A stretch of DNA of 62,758 nt, filler included, from Sphacelaria rigidula (lineage: Eukaryota), in assembly GCA_964200075.2 (NCBI GenBank). It is 5 parts of 5 records of this genome, joined end to end, with 100 filler letters (N's around TTAATTAATTAA, not from the genome) between each part and the next. Parts side by side here need not be neighbours in the genome. Positions count along the whole stretch, not along the records: positions 12,575 to 25,047 come from CAXNAA020003731.1; positions 25,148 to 37,620 come from CAXNAA020003732.1; 3 more parts are not named here. One strand, 5' to 3'. The position numbers and the translations under genes are program-made. The notes beneath the pieces are model-generated. The model did no database searches, was not told the DNA's origin, and was given only the letters and a program-made list of their open reading frames with translations. This document shows positions 13,421-25,723 of this stretch, one piece after another (within the stretch, counting starts at the first letter, position 1; each line of letters begins with the position of its first letter).

Positions 13421-13594
13421 GCGTGTGCTTACAGCTACATGTCGATATCCTACACGGGGATATCAAGGGCCTCATTGGCAAGCTATTACAGAAAGCATAT
13501 CGGGCCTCGTGGAGGGGCATTTCGGAACTGAAACGATTCATTCACAAATTGACCGATTTTCACTCCCAATCGTATCCTCTACTCTCAACCTCGC

Positions 13595-14700
13595 GAATAC
13601 GTTGTTAACTGTGGTTCGCGGGACCCTTGCTAGGGAGGACGAAGCACGTAAGTCAAAACGCGTCATACACGGGCGGTTATCAGCACAAACGCGCAAGGAG
13701 GTGGGCCGTACCCCCCCCCAAACACTGGGGTGGCAACCTCCAGGAGAATTGACGTGTACTAGGGGCTCTTCCACGCGAAGGAGCACTGAGGAAATGGTTC
13801 ATCTACGTTGTGGAGGTCCACGACGCTTACGACTGGGGCACTGCGGCGAAGATCATGGTCAAATGGTATTCTGAAGTTGAGAAAAGGGGTGAAGAGTTCG
13901 AGTACACGTGGCGACGCAAATACAAGCGCGAATCGGACCTCCGCCATAAACGAGACGCTGCTGCGTCGAGAGCCGCCAATCGGGAGCTGCCACCGGTAAT
14001 ACAACCTCAGCAACACCTCACGAGGACCCCAGGATGAAAGTGAGCGAGAGAATGGCCCGCTTTGTACCCGACAAGGGATGAATAGAGGAAGCTGGGCTCA
14101 CACGGACATTGATGTACCCCAGTCTCTCCGATCGGTTGTTGCTTTTGTCCCTAACCGGCGGCCTTCCGGCGTGCCCTAGTTTGTGCGTGTGTACCTGCTC
14201 TACAGTGTGGTACCCCTGGGCTTCATCGCATCTATATTTTCCTTTCTTTTTTTCTCTCCTTTCCCATTTCTCTCCATCTCTGCGTGTCTTTTTTCTCGGT
14301 GCATGCAAGTCGCAGTTTGGCGCCTCGCTTCCGCAGTGTTCACGGGGAAGAAAAACCTCATATCCCAAGTAGTGTGGTCGAAATAGATGAGCCGCAATCT
14401 GTTTCCGCGGCTAATTTTTTTTTTCAGTTGTGTATGAATGCGTATGCTTTTGCTCGAAACCTTTTCCCGCCTGAGGCCATGTTGCAAAGGCCGGCCATTT
14501 CTAGTTATCTTGGTTTGTGTCTTTGTTCTATGTCTTTTTGTCTTTGTGTCTTTGTTTGTTTGTTTTCCCGAGTCCTACTCTTTGTGCCTGCTTTACCTCT
14601 CTGCGTTCTTCGATTTCCTTCATGAAGTGTTTCCGTTTTGCTTTCATGTGACCACGGCTGGACCCCCGTTGGTCAGCTAGCATGCGACAATTAATCAAGC
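13595..14700 (+). mobile_element. 5'-truncated RTE-type LINE (C-terminal ORF remnant + 3' UTR)
   Basis: 13600-13985 aligns with 60290-60680 (..AYDW.TAAK.M.KW...WRR..KRESD.RHKR.AAASRAANR). Followed by a pyrimidine-rich UTR ending GACCACGGCTGGACCCC..TGCGACAATTAATCAA. Confidence 0.85.
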
Positions 14701-15484
14701 GATCGGCCAATCCGTCAATCAAACCCTATTTTAGCTGTATCGGATAGGGGGAGACCTACTCCAGCTGTTGCATTAGATAGACAGTCAGCCCCGAGCGCGC
14801 TCCGTTTGCTATTTTCTCGATCGAGTACACTCGCAGCCCGAAACCTGTATCACTCGTGTCTCGTGAACGGGGCTCTCAGCCCTTTCTGATGGTCACCCCA
14901 GCTGATCCCCACACTAAACGACTTGAAATCGGTGAGCCCCCCCCTCTTCAGATCAATCAGCCGCCTTCCTCGTCGAGTTTTTTTTGTGGAAGCATCTGAC
15001 CAAGCCACATCTCGAGTCAGTCGTCACCTTGTTTTTATCTATATCACATTCCACCAAGTATGTGGGCGCAGTGCATGGTGTATGTGGACGTTGTTACCCT
15101 GCTAAGGCTGTAGACTCAATGTAAGCACGCAAAGACAAGTGAGTCGAAGGAGAGGGAGGCAGATGGATAGTGCACTTTATTCGTATCAAGACCCTCAGGG
15201 GTTTCTGCTGATTTCACCCTCTTCGTGCTCGGGATTGATGCGCAAAGAGCATCTGTTCTCATGATCAGATATGACAACTCAGCTCCGAGCAGATTAAGTA
15301 ATAAAATTTCTTGCTTTCGTTCATCAACCCTGAGCAAAGTGCGGAATACAATCGCTTGGTCACAGAGGCCGACCCGACTGATTAGATGGACGCTTAGAGC
15401 TAGGCCTGAGCGCTCCCTGTGCTCTTTTCCCGAGTTTTGCTTTTGTTATTCATATTTTATCGTTGAATTTGTCGTCGCACTCTG

Positions 15485-15640
15485 AACCCCCCCCCTTCCT
15501 TCCTCGGGACGAGACACGCGGTAGTCTCAAGGGATCAACGCATCTCTCCCCGTTTTACGCCTCGTATTTTGGTCTCGCGGATCGGATCAGCACTCCCGCA
15601 CCGCGTCAACTTTCGCTGAACAAACTCAAGTCAACTACGA
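15485..15640 (-). mobile_element. SINE family A 3' fragment
   Basis: Close match to 3250-3400 (TTTTGGTCTCGCGGAT..ATCAGCACTCCCGCACCGCGTCAACT); lacks the tRNA head. Confidence 0.8.
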
Positions 15641-18584
15641 GCCACTCATCATGCCCTTGACATTCTACTTAGCTGTTATTAATTCCCCTTTCCCATGCCG
15701 TCCTCGCCATCCAGCACGGACAAGCTAGTCTACTACACATGTTGCAATTCTATGTAATGTTGCGCGAGTAAAGTAGTGACGCCGCAACATCGCCAACATC
15801 GTCACCGTCATTTTCCGTACACTCCAAAGATGGCGATCAGCATCAATCAGGTGCGGCATGAACAAAACACACAAAATCAACGGACACCATCGTCACACCC
15901 GTTTCTCTCTCCGACTCAAGCCGCTATCCTAAGTAAGGCGACCACTCACTGCATGCGCACAGTACGTTCGCGCGAAAAAAAAACGATATCATTCAATCGT
16001 TCATGCACGCGGTCACATGCATACCTCTGTGTCTCGTTTTCGAACGTCGTGTCTGACTCTTCCTTTCTCTCTCTACTGCTGTTTTTAATTTTTTATGCGA
16101 TCGAGCTACCGCTATCTATCGGTCAATATAAATCTAACTGCAACTGCTCGGAGCTGTCTTGGTATAGTATTGACTAACCTAATGCCAATACTAGTAATAC
16201 AGCAAAAAAGCAGCTCGCAGAGTAATACTCGACCGAATTTTCAAAACGCGACCAATAGGTTTAAAAGCTGGCCCTTCTCCCCTCATCACATCCGTAGATG
16301 GGGGGGAATAGGATCTCAGGGCAATGCCGTTTTTCTCTTCTTGCCCAATTTCTCAGGGCGCAGCCGCTTGCTTGCTTCTCGTGCTGCTTTGCCGCCTTTT
16401 GTTCTTACGACTCAGAAATGCTGACGCGAACTACCGGTGGAGGCCCCGCCCGTCACCATCACCAACAATACCGCCAACACTAACAAAGGAGAACGGGAAC
16501 AAGAATAATAGCGGAATGCGTGGAGTCGTTAGGGTGCCACACAAACACGCGCGCATCAACACACTTGTTAGTACCTCGTCCGCGAAAAACAGGCAGCAGA
16601 TGCCAACAAACAACAAAACAGCGGCCTTCCGACAACAACGGCCTTTCGACACTAGCGAGTGGTAATCGTACACCTCGCGAAGCCCCCATACACAAAACCG
16701 CGCAAAACGAAGCCGGTGGCCTGGTCAGCAAACGATACAGCAACCACGTAAAGCCGCAAGTCAACATACACCGCAGCCCCCCCCCTCCACTAAACCAAAA
16801 CAACGGCCGGAGTCGTAGTAGCGGCAGTAGTAGCTAGCTTTTTAAATGCACGAACCGTCACCCTCCCCTACTTCAACTCACAACCGAAGCAAAATCCGAA
16901 CAGCGGGATCTGGTAGGCAGTTATGACGATGAAGATGACAAAAACAGAAATGAACACCAAAACACCAGCGAGTGACAGCAGTCACATTGCCTCCACAAAC
17001 AAGCTGTCGTCTGGGGGAGTGACACCCGCACAGCAGGAAACAACCCAACATAGACAGCTTAGCTCTTTTGTGCTACAGACACATGCTGGCGCAAGCTCGC
17101 GTGCAAACCCAGGCGCCCAACAAAATGGCAAACACATGTACAATCGGGTAATAATGCAATCACGTTTTGCGTCAACGCCACCGCCATGTCTTTGATACAC
17201 AACCCCGTCTCACCCTCAAACACCTCTTTCGACTCAATACTCTTTACCATGTTTACTCGTGCTCAAAACGACCGATACTCTCACACTTGCACCCCCCACT
17301 CCTCTACGCTTCACATCAGCGAACACCGATACTACTACGAGTCTATGCGGTACTTGGAGTCGATTCAACATTACCACGTGCAACACCTCCGAGAAAATAG
17401 CGCGGGTGTGCACACAAACATATTTACACACAGGCAAACACTCCCCGAACGCACGCCCAGACCCAACCCAACCAAAAGCCGCCCCGTATGACTCTACATG
17501 CTGTTTGGGTGGGGGAGTATCAACCTCCGCGCTGCGCGCCGTCAATTTTCACAAGCTACTTTAAATATCATTTGGCAAGTCACGGTAGCGTCCGTTGTAC
17601 CGGAACTAGTACACGATGGGGTACTGTTGGCAAAAAAATGTTTTAAACGGGCCAAGACCCCTCGACTGAGCATCTCATCGATCCTCCAGAAACAAACAAA
17701 CAGAAAAAAAACTCGAAAGATAACAAAATCTTAATCGCTCGCGCTGACATAGTAGTGCAAACACGTGGCACTACTGAGATACAACGCCACACCGTCCACT
17801 ATTTATTCCCGAGCTCTTCTTACGCGACAACAACAAAAATTAGCCAGCCTTCAACAACACGAACGAAATCTCACACACAGAGACATCGCGTACCGAACAC
17901 TATCGGGGCAGAAGAGAAAAAAACAAGAAGACATTAGAACGAACACAATCTCGGACTAGTCCAATCCTTCTGCGTGCACACACCTGTCTTCTTCTTGAAC
18001 CGCTTTCTTCAATTACATGAGAGATTCTAGCCTGGCCCGAAAAACTATTTTCGCACGCAATACAAAACAACATTTGTCTGTAAACACACACACGCAATCG
18101 TGGAGCGACATGCACACACACTCACAAAAGTACCAAGTTTCTCGGCCAAAAATGAATGCATGAAATAGTTTGATTTTTTTCGTCACACAGAAAACATTTC
18201 CGTCCATGAGTATATACCATCTCTGTTAACACACTACCAGGGAACACACATGCGATAACCAATGCCAAATATCGCGACGGGGGAGACAAGCACACATTTC
18301 CCGAACATACATCTTGGTGGGGAGGAAACAACCTCCCTCCCCTTCTCTCAAAACTAATTGCGATTGCACACAGCAGCTGGATGAGCGTGAATTCCCTCGT
18401 GGGCCCACCGTCGCATGCTACATCGTAGCAGAGGTGGAGCCACGACTCACCCACACAATGCTGTCGGTCTCGCATCGGTCTCCAGCGCCATTCTAGTCAC
18501 TCGTAATGCTACACCTTGCAATAATGCAACGTGCAGAGCCGTCAACACCCACGCGATGGATGCCGCAGCAGTGGAAGCTAGCAC

Positions 18585-19759
18585 CTCATCGCCGTAGCTG
18601 CCCTCCAGATGGCCATTGGTGCCTGCGCCACCGCCGCCCGTGCCCCCGCCCGCGCTACCGCCGCCGCCGCTTCCACCAGACACGCCGCCCGCGGAATCAT
18701 CACCGTCCGGGAGCTTGCGGGCGAAGGGGCCATACGCTGATTCGTCCTCGTCGGCGGCGTCTGAAGACAACGACGGCGGCGGCGCCACATCATCGTCATC
18801 GCCGCTAATCGCTGCCAAGTCTTCTATTCCACCGACGTGACTTCCGCTCTCCTCTCCCTCCGCCGGATGATTAGCGGCGTTGGTGGCTGGCTTTCCGCCA
18901 GTGGGCGGCTTGCCGTCCGTCTGACCTTCGCCGCCGCCGGGCGAGCCACCTCCGTTTCCGCCCGCGGGAGGCTTTGTCGCAGGATCGTCGCCGTCTCTCG
19001 CCGAATTTCCCCTCGCCTGGTCGGCTGCCGATAAGTCGACGTTGCCTTCCCTGAGCACGCGTGCCGGTATTTCTGAGATTCTCGACAGTGGTGCTGTGCT
19101 GTCTAAGTCGCGACCAGTGTCGCCGGCGCTGCCGCCGTGGTGACCGGCTAGGCGTTTCGTCGGGGGGGCGTTGGTTCCTGGCATCCCACCGCCGGTGTCG
19201 CTGTCCGCACAGTCCCCGATGATGGTGCTGGTACTGTGTGAAGGCGTGGGTAGCGAGACGTCGCCTCCACCATCACACATCTCTACTCCCGGGGCAGCGA
19301 TCGCCGCCGCTTCATCGACGCCGTTGCCACCGCCAGGACCGGGGCGAGCCTTGATGGGAGGACCGTTGCTTGCCCCACCCCCGCCGCCGGTCCCCGAGTC
19401 AGTAGTGTCCCCGCCGCTGTTGCTAGGTGAAACGCCTGGTGCTGAGTCGTCGTCGGCGTTTGAACAGGCGGCGCGGCCGTTCGTACCTGTGCCACCACCG
19501 CCCGTGCCCCCGCTGGCGGAGTCGCCGCCGCCACTCCCGCTTGATACGGAACCCACAGGGTCGTCATGGATTGTGTTGCCGGCGAGCGGCTTTGGTTTTT
19601 CGTGATCGCCGGCGTAGCTGAGCGACGGAGACGGCGGGGTGATTGCACGGCCATCCCTGTCGCTATGGGGGGTGGCAGCGTCGTCGTTGGTGGTGTCGTC
19701 GTGGCCGCCAACGGTGCTGATGGGTAGAGGCATAGTGTTCTCTGCGGGGTGCATGTTCC
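18585..19759 (-). CDS. Large low-complexity (Gly/Pro/Asp/Ser/Ala) exon of an unknown, likely intrinsically disordered protein
   Basis: Lies within the 435-codon GC-rich ORF 18447-19754, with a candidate donor GAG|GTGCTA after 18585 and CAG acceptors near 19742/19759. Contains an internal duplication (PSLS..GSGGG..GGTGGGG.GTNG twice). Possible small downstream exons at 17984-18031 and 16674-16720. Confidence 0.55.
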
Positions 19760-20459
19760 TGATATTTTCGTGGTGGGGAAAGGAGCGATGAGCACAGGGC
19801 AGACCAAAAAAAGCGGTAACGAATTATTTGTATCTCAGTTTACTAACGAGTATGCAGTGGTGTTGTCCGCATTCAGATATGGCAATGATGCTACTGGGGA
19901 AGCGATATCAAGAGGGGATGATGGTATACTCGGAGAAACGAAGTAGTTCAGAGATGAACAACGCTCACCAATGGATCATACAAATTAGATACCTCCGATG
20001 GAGGCGTTCTACTACTAGCTTCGGACATGGTGGAAGGTGGCGGTTGTTCCATGTGACAGTGGTAACGTTCGGTCATCAAAGGGCTGAAATCTATATATAT
20101 GTGACGCGTAAGTACCTACAATGTAAGATCGAGGGTAGGCGGGACGTCCGTATCACGCATCACAACTGAGTACCTCATCAATGAAGAATGGGGAAAAAGC
20201 CCTTAGATTATCATCTTAGGCCACAGAAATTAGGAACGAGCAAGATGATCTGGGGCTGTTTTCTACTGTTCACTATTGCGGAGAATCTGGCGCAGCACAT
20301 AGTATGCACGTAATAAATGATGGTGGTGTTCTCCTTTCATCCACGCCAAGGTCTTCATATATCATGAGTGATGTATGTACACCTCCAGGAAATCGTCCAC
20401 GCCGACTGCTGTACCACTACTACGGTATTATCATCTTCTGAGTATTGATTTAAGTATAT

Positions 20460-20815
20460 CACACGCGGCCATCTGGCTACACCCAGAAATCCCTCCACAC
20501 GAAAACTGACCCCTCCAAGTTTGTCCTTGACGGTGTTTGATCCTTCTAGAGAGGTCAAAATTGACCCCCTACATAGGAATTAAACACCGCTAGGGGAAAT
20601 AATGACCTCTAGAAGGATTACATATATATTATATGTTGTGTTGGATCCTCTAAAGTGACTTTATGTGCGCTGATCCTCTAGCGGTGTTTAATCCCTACGG
20701 TGGGGATATTATCCACCCTCCAGAGGGATGGAACCCCTCCAGGGGCTTTGCCCCCTCTGGAGCGGTAGATTTTCGTGTGGAGGGATTGTTGGGGGTAGCC
20801 AAATGGCCGCGTGTG
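20460..20815. mobile_element. MITE with long imperfect terminal inverted repeats
   Basis: CACACGCGGCCATCTGGCTACACCCAGAAATCCCTCCACACGAAAA pairs with TTTTCGTGTGGAGGGATTGTTGGGGGTAGCCAAATGGCCGCGTGTG. Inner IR ATTAAACACCGCTAG / CTAGCGGTGTTTAAT. No clear TSD. Confidence 0.75.
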
Positions 20816-21494
20816 GAACATCAACGACCCGAAGCTCCCTCCCTGACTGTGGTCGTTTATGCGAATATATACGGGGGTACAGCGTACCGTATGTATGGAG
20901 GCGTTATCTATTTTTCATAGCCTGATGTAGCCTTGGAACAGAAGGGCTGCTGTACTACGCACCCCGCAGGCGTTCGCAAGTAAAGGGATGACTGCTGTTG
21001 CTGATATTATGGAGAATGTCGCGTGTCCTTGATATGTGTCTTTACCCCCCTTCTATTCGCGCATCGAGGAAAACGAACCTGTAATAGCATGAATGTGTGT
21101 TGTGTGTTGTGTTGCCATCCCATTTATTTTGGATGTTATTAATTCTACACCTTTTTAGCCGGTACACATACATGTGGTCGTATCAGCCGGGGGCACGAGT
21201 CATGCTGCGATACATGGGTTACACATTTGGGCCAAGATGTTTCTCATTCAGGGGCTCCTTGAGCTAGGAAGCTACGCACACACAAGAACATTATTGGTAA
21301 CGGCATTCATTCCCGTTTCCGACTCATTTGGGATATCCCTGTCCCATTGGAATGCTGATAACCACCGTTGCGTGCTCTCACACATATATACACATTTCGT
21401 AGGTTATAATAAGTCGTTTCTTGGATGAGAGAGCAGGGGGTTCCCACTGTAATTCGAATCTCGGAAAAAAAATGAGCATCCCTACCCACCGTAT

Positions 21495-21797
21495 AGGGTC
21501 AACACAGGAGCGTTTCCTTTTGTTTTGTCTGGTCACTCCACCTTCCTTGTGCGGTGCTTGCCTTAATTTTCGTCACGAGACGGGTTATTATACATTCACC
21601 GGTCCCTTTCCCTCGTCGACCATAATAACGTCGAACTTTGTGTACTCATGACAAGTCGCTCTCCATGCACTCCTTCACTGATGATGCGGGCATGAGGTGA
21701 GAAAAATCCCAGATCTTGTGGCACCGAGATTCGAGCCAATGCCTCAACCGTCAGAAGGTTTCTCGAGGATATCAACTGAGCCGCCGGGGCCACCGGC
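21495..21797 (-). mobile_element. tRNA-derived SINE, family B
   Basis: Head GCCCCGGCGGCTCAGTTGATA with B box GGCTCGAATCTC; homologous to 8019-8286. Confidence 0.8.
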
Positions 21798-24462
21798 AAA
21801 CTGAATAGAGAGGTTTATGATATGTGTCCTCGTTCGATGCGATACGTAGCGACGATGTTGCTGCATAGCGACGATGTTGCAGCATGCAGCAACATCGTCA
21901 ACAACAACGGCAACAACGACAACAACGACATTAATAATAACCGAACTCGACAAACTGAGCTGTGCTCATTACAGAAAAAAACAAGCAGGTTATCCTGTGG
22001 GTTTTGTTCTGTGGCTGTTACATATACTATACACGCAGCATCTGCGAGGAACGGTCCGCAAATTCCCCTTGGTAGTCAACAGCTCTCGAGGACAGCGCCA
22101 GCACGACGAATGCACGAGGTCGCACTACAAAAATATGTAGTCGCGCGTCCTAGTATTATTATACTGAGTCCTGGATTAAAAAAACACACTGGCGGGAACA
22201 ATTGCGGGCGAAAACTTAGTTTCTCCTGTCTGTAGTCCATCGATCAAAAATATGCTGGCATCACCGTTCCATCGCGGAAAGACCTGTAGTGGCTTGGTAG
22301 GGCTGCTTGCTGCTACTGTCTGAACCGGCTTTCACAAACACAAATTGAAGTTTGAAGTCTGAATCTAACTGAGACCTGAATTTGCTCACGAACCTCGTAA
22401 AAAAACTTGACCTGACAGAGATCTGGTGCGCAACACCACCACCCAACCTACACACACCGCACCGACCGGAAATCTACCGGAAATCTGACCGTTACACTTG
22501 CAATCATAGTTCAGCACCGGGCCACGCGATGAGCGATTACAGCAGAAAGTGCGCTACAACAACAGCAGAAATTTGGCAGACTGAGTATTGGGTACAGGGA
22601 GGCGGAATTCTGCTCCGCTACACAGAGGGGATACAATAACATGAAGGGGGGGCGCAGTGTACGCAAAACCATCTCCGGCGAGTCGTGGTAGTTTGGTCTT
22701 AGCTCGCTTGCCTTGTAAGAAGAAGACGATACATACATAATATAATAAGCATAATAGTGGAAGTGGATTATTTGGCTGCTGTGTGAACCGACTACATGAC
22801 CCCTGCGGACAAATTCGTTTCTGTATAGTTTACTGAATGGAAACAAATGACAACCTTGCTGTGGTCAATCCCGTCTAGACTGTGTAGATACATGCGGAGT
22901 CTTCACGTGTTGTGTGTCCCTGTACATCAAGCACATTCTTGATACAGAACTAGACATACATGTAGATTCAACACGAACACTCTGGACGCACCTTGTTGTG
23001 TAACCGTCCAGCCTGACTCTTTTCGTATAAGTAACAGGAGTAGTGACCACCAACGCTGCTGCGTCTTCTCTGCTGCTGCTGTCGGAAGGTATACTCCTCC
23101 CCCTCTTGTGCTTACGGTGTCGTCCGGTGCTTACACTGCCGTGTAGAAGTAGTAGACGCTGTCGTTCAGCTCTGCTGAGAGAAGGCAGAGAGAGGGTGTA
23201 TGTAGGTCAATGCTTGATGCTGTTGCAGAAATTTGGACGATGGTGTCTGATGAAGGGTCCTATCCGAGTCCCTGATTTTTGCCGTGGGGTTGGGAGTCAG
23301 TAACTTGTGAGCATGGTGGGGTCACTATATCTGATGTATATCCGTAACAGCGAGCAAAACCAAAAACCGGTCGAGGTTTGGTGCGGCTATGTTGTTATAT
23401 TGCATGTTGATTCAGCAACCAACAGTACATACACTACATAAAACTGTCGTGACCGCAACTTTAGAGTTTATTTGGCATCACCTTTGAAAATAATTACCCA
23501 GAAACTTCCTCCGGCCAGCAAGCCCCAAGATGGCGATCGAGAGCCCCACGATCACTTCCAGGAACAAATATGATACCCATATCCACGTTGATAGGTGGGA
23601 AAAACAGTTGTTGGAAATTGCGGGCCCGGTACTCGTGGTTGGTGGCCAAGCTGATGATGGGTTTCTCATGTTATCACAGACGCGTGTCTCATGACAAGGA
23701 ACCCGCCACGTGCGTCAAATCAAATAAATTTATGTCATTTTTTGAGTCCGACCTCTCGGACCTGTTCACAGATTATGTAAGCTCGTATATGTTCCTGCTT
23801 TTATATTCCTTACGAAAGATGGCGCTCTCATCATTTGTTCTGATAGGGTCGCATAATAACTGCCCTATCGTACACTAGGTAAGCTCTACAGAGCCGTTAC
23901 AACCAGCGAAGAAGCCAACCTAAAGCCCGAATAAATATTCCAAATTCTACCATACTTATATACACGGCAGACGGGTACAGAAGTTCAGACAAATTTTGTT
24001 GACTGTATAGCCGGTACCACAAAGTCTCGTTGGGACCGAGGCGTTTATGATGAAGACGTAATCACGACCACCGAGGGGCCCCATATCGGGAAATGGCTGC
24101 ACCACCACCCCCCCAGGCCGCAAAAAACTCATCCTGGGTTTAGACGAGGGAGGGGGTCACCCGATTTCATACGGGGTACCCCCCTGATCGCTGGATGATG
24201 GCGATAGTAGTTGCTGCACTGCACCGCACGTGTAATAATCTCACGCAAAGGGTACCCAGTCATACCCTCTGACCTCACGTTAATTACATTTCATAGCTGC
24301 CGCTACCTCGATACGTTGGATACTCCTTCTCGCCACCCCACGTCCACAACATTCCCCTTTGTAAGGGCCGTTATTATCGACATATACAAAAAAATGATAG
24401 AAGGTCTGAAATTTCGGTAATCGCCGAGGGCTCATTATTATCTTGATCTACTCTTGCTGTTA

Positions 24463-24948
24463 GACCCACACTTTTATGGCAACGAGTCCCGATTTTTACA
24501 AATATATATGAGGATTTCAGCCCATTTACAGGCGATTTCCTCCCGTGGATTGATTTTTCGGACCCCAGTGTCCAATGGGCAATGTTTTTCGGCTAGCTTT
24601 GAGCAAACCAGATCAATTCTCCAATTTTCTGGACGTTGACTTTCGATACGTCACCGTTCTGCTGAAATCGGGACACTCCCGCATCTCCCCCGATTCTCTT
24701 GTCTCCCCCGATTTTCTTGAAAAAATCGAGGGAGATGCGGGAGTGTCCCGATTTGGGCATAAATGTGATAAACCAAAAGTCAACGTCCATATAATCGGAG
24801 AATTGATCTGGTTTGCTCACAGCTAGCCGAAAAATATTGTCCAACGCACTGGGGTTCGAAAAATCAATCCACGGGAGGAAATCGCCTGTGGATGGGCTGA
24901 AATCCTCATATTTGTAAAAATCGGGACTCGTTGCCATAAAAGTGTGTC
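24463..24948. mobile_element. Almost fully palindromic Tourist-like (PIF/Harbinger) MITE, 486 bp
   Basis: Arms of ~230 bp (CACACTTTTATGGCAACGAGTCCCGATTTTTACAAAT.. / ..ATTTGTAAAAATCGGGACTCGTTGCCATAAAAGTGTG). Flanked by TTA at 24460-62 and 24949-51. Confidence 0.85.
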
Positions 24949-25047
24949 TTAGATATCTCATTACAGATGATATTGCTGATCTCGTCGTTTGCTTGCCTTC
25001 GCCGGCAAAATAAAAGGCAGCGTTATGCTACCTACCCGTCTATGGCG

Positions 25048-25147
25048 NNNNNNNNNNNNNNNNNNNNNNNNNNNNNNNNNNNNNNNNNNNNTTAATTAAT
25101 TAANNNNNNNNNNNNNNNNNNNNNNNNNNNNNNNNNNNNNNNNNNNN
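25048..25147. other. Artificial contig-joining linker
   Basis: N44-TTAATTAATTAA-N44. Confidence 0.97.
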
Positions 25148-25723
25148 GGGGGGGGCGGGGCGCAGGGGAAGGGAGGAGGGGGGGGGGGGGGGGGGGGGCG
25201 GACAAACTAGAGAGAGAACAAATAGAATTAATTGATTACGTCTTTACATCGTCGCACACAAATTGACCATTCGCTACGAAATCTAGCCGTGGTAACACAA
25301 CACTGCACATACCATACACACCCCAACCAACACAACACGGAAGCAGTTGCTCACTTATGAAGTACACTCAGCGTGCATGTACTACGTCAGAAACAAAAAG
25401 GGAGTGAAGGCGTCTTACCTGAGGGGCTCCAGCGCACATTAAGGGCGGCGCGGTTAAGCATAAGAGCGCAGAGGATGGGATTCCACTTGTTCTGGTAACC
25501 AGGTGGCGAGGCCAACGCGGAGACAGGTGCAGGCAGATAGGTGCATGATACGCCACGTGTAACCCGCGAGATACAGAGGGGAAGATACGGGCAACAGCAA
25601 AGGCAACGGCATTATACGGGGCGGTGCCGTCTGTAGACAACGACGACAACGACAACGACAACACACACACACACCAGTCCATAAGGATAAACCCGGGGCC
25701 CCTCCCTCGTTTCCTTCCCTCAC

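Noticed and set aside
15114..15170. Apparent terminal exon (TQCKHAKTSESKEREADG-stop) for the contig-1 gene
   Set aside because: It lies across an artificial linker on a different contig.
23240..23285. Hammerhead-like CTGATGA followed by a short stem
   Set aside because: The stem is followed by GATT rather than GAAA, and no stem III/NUH site can be built.
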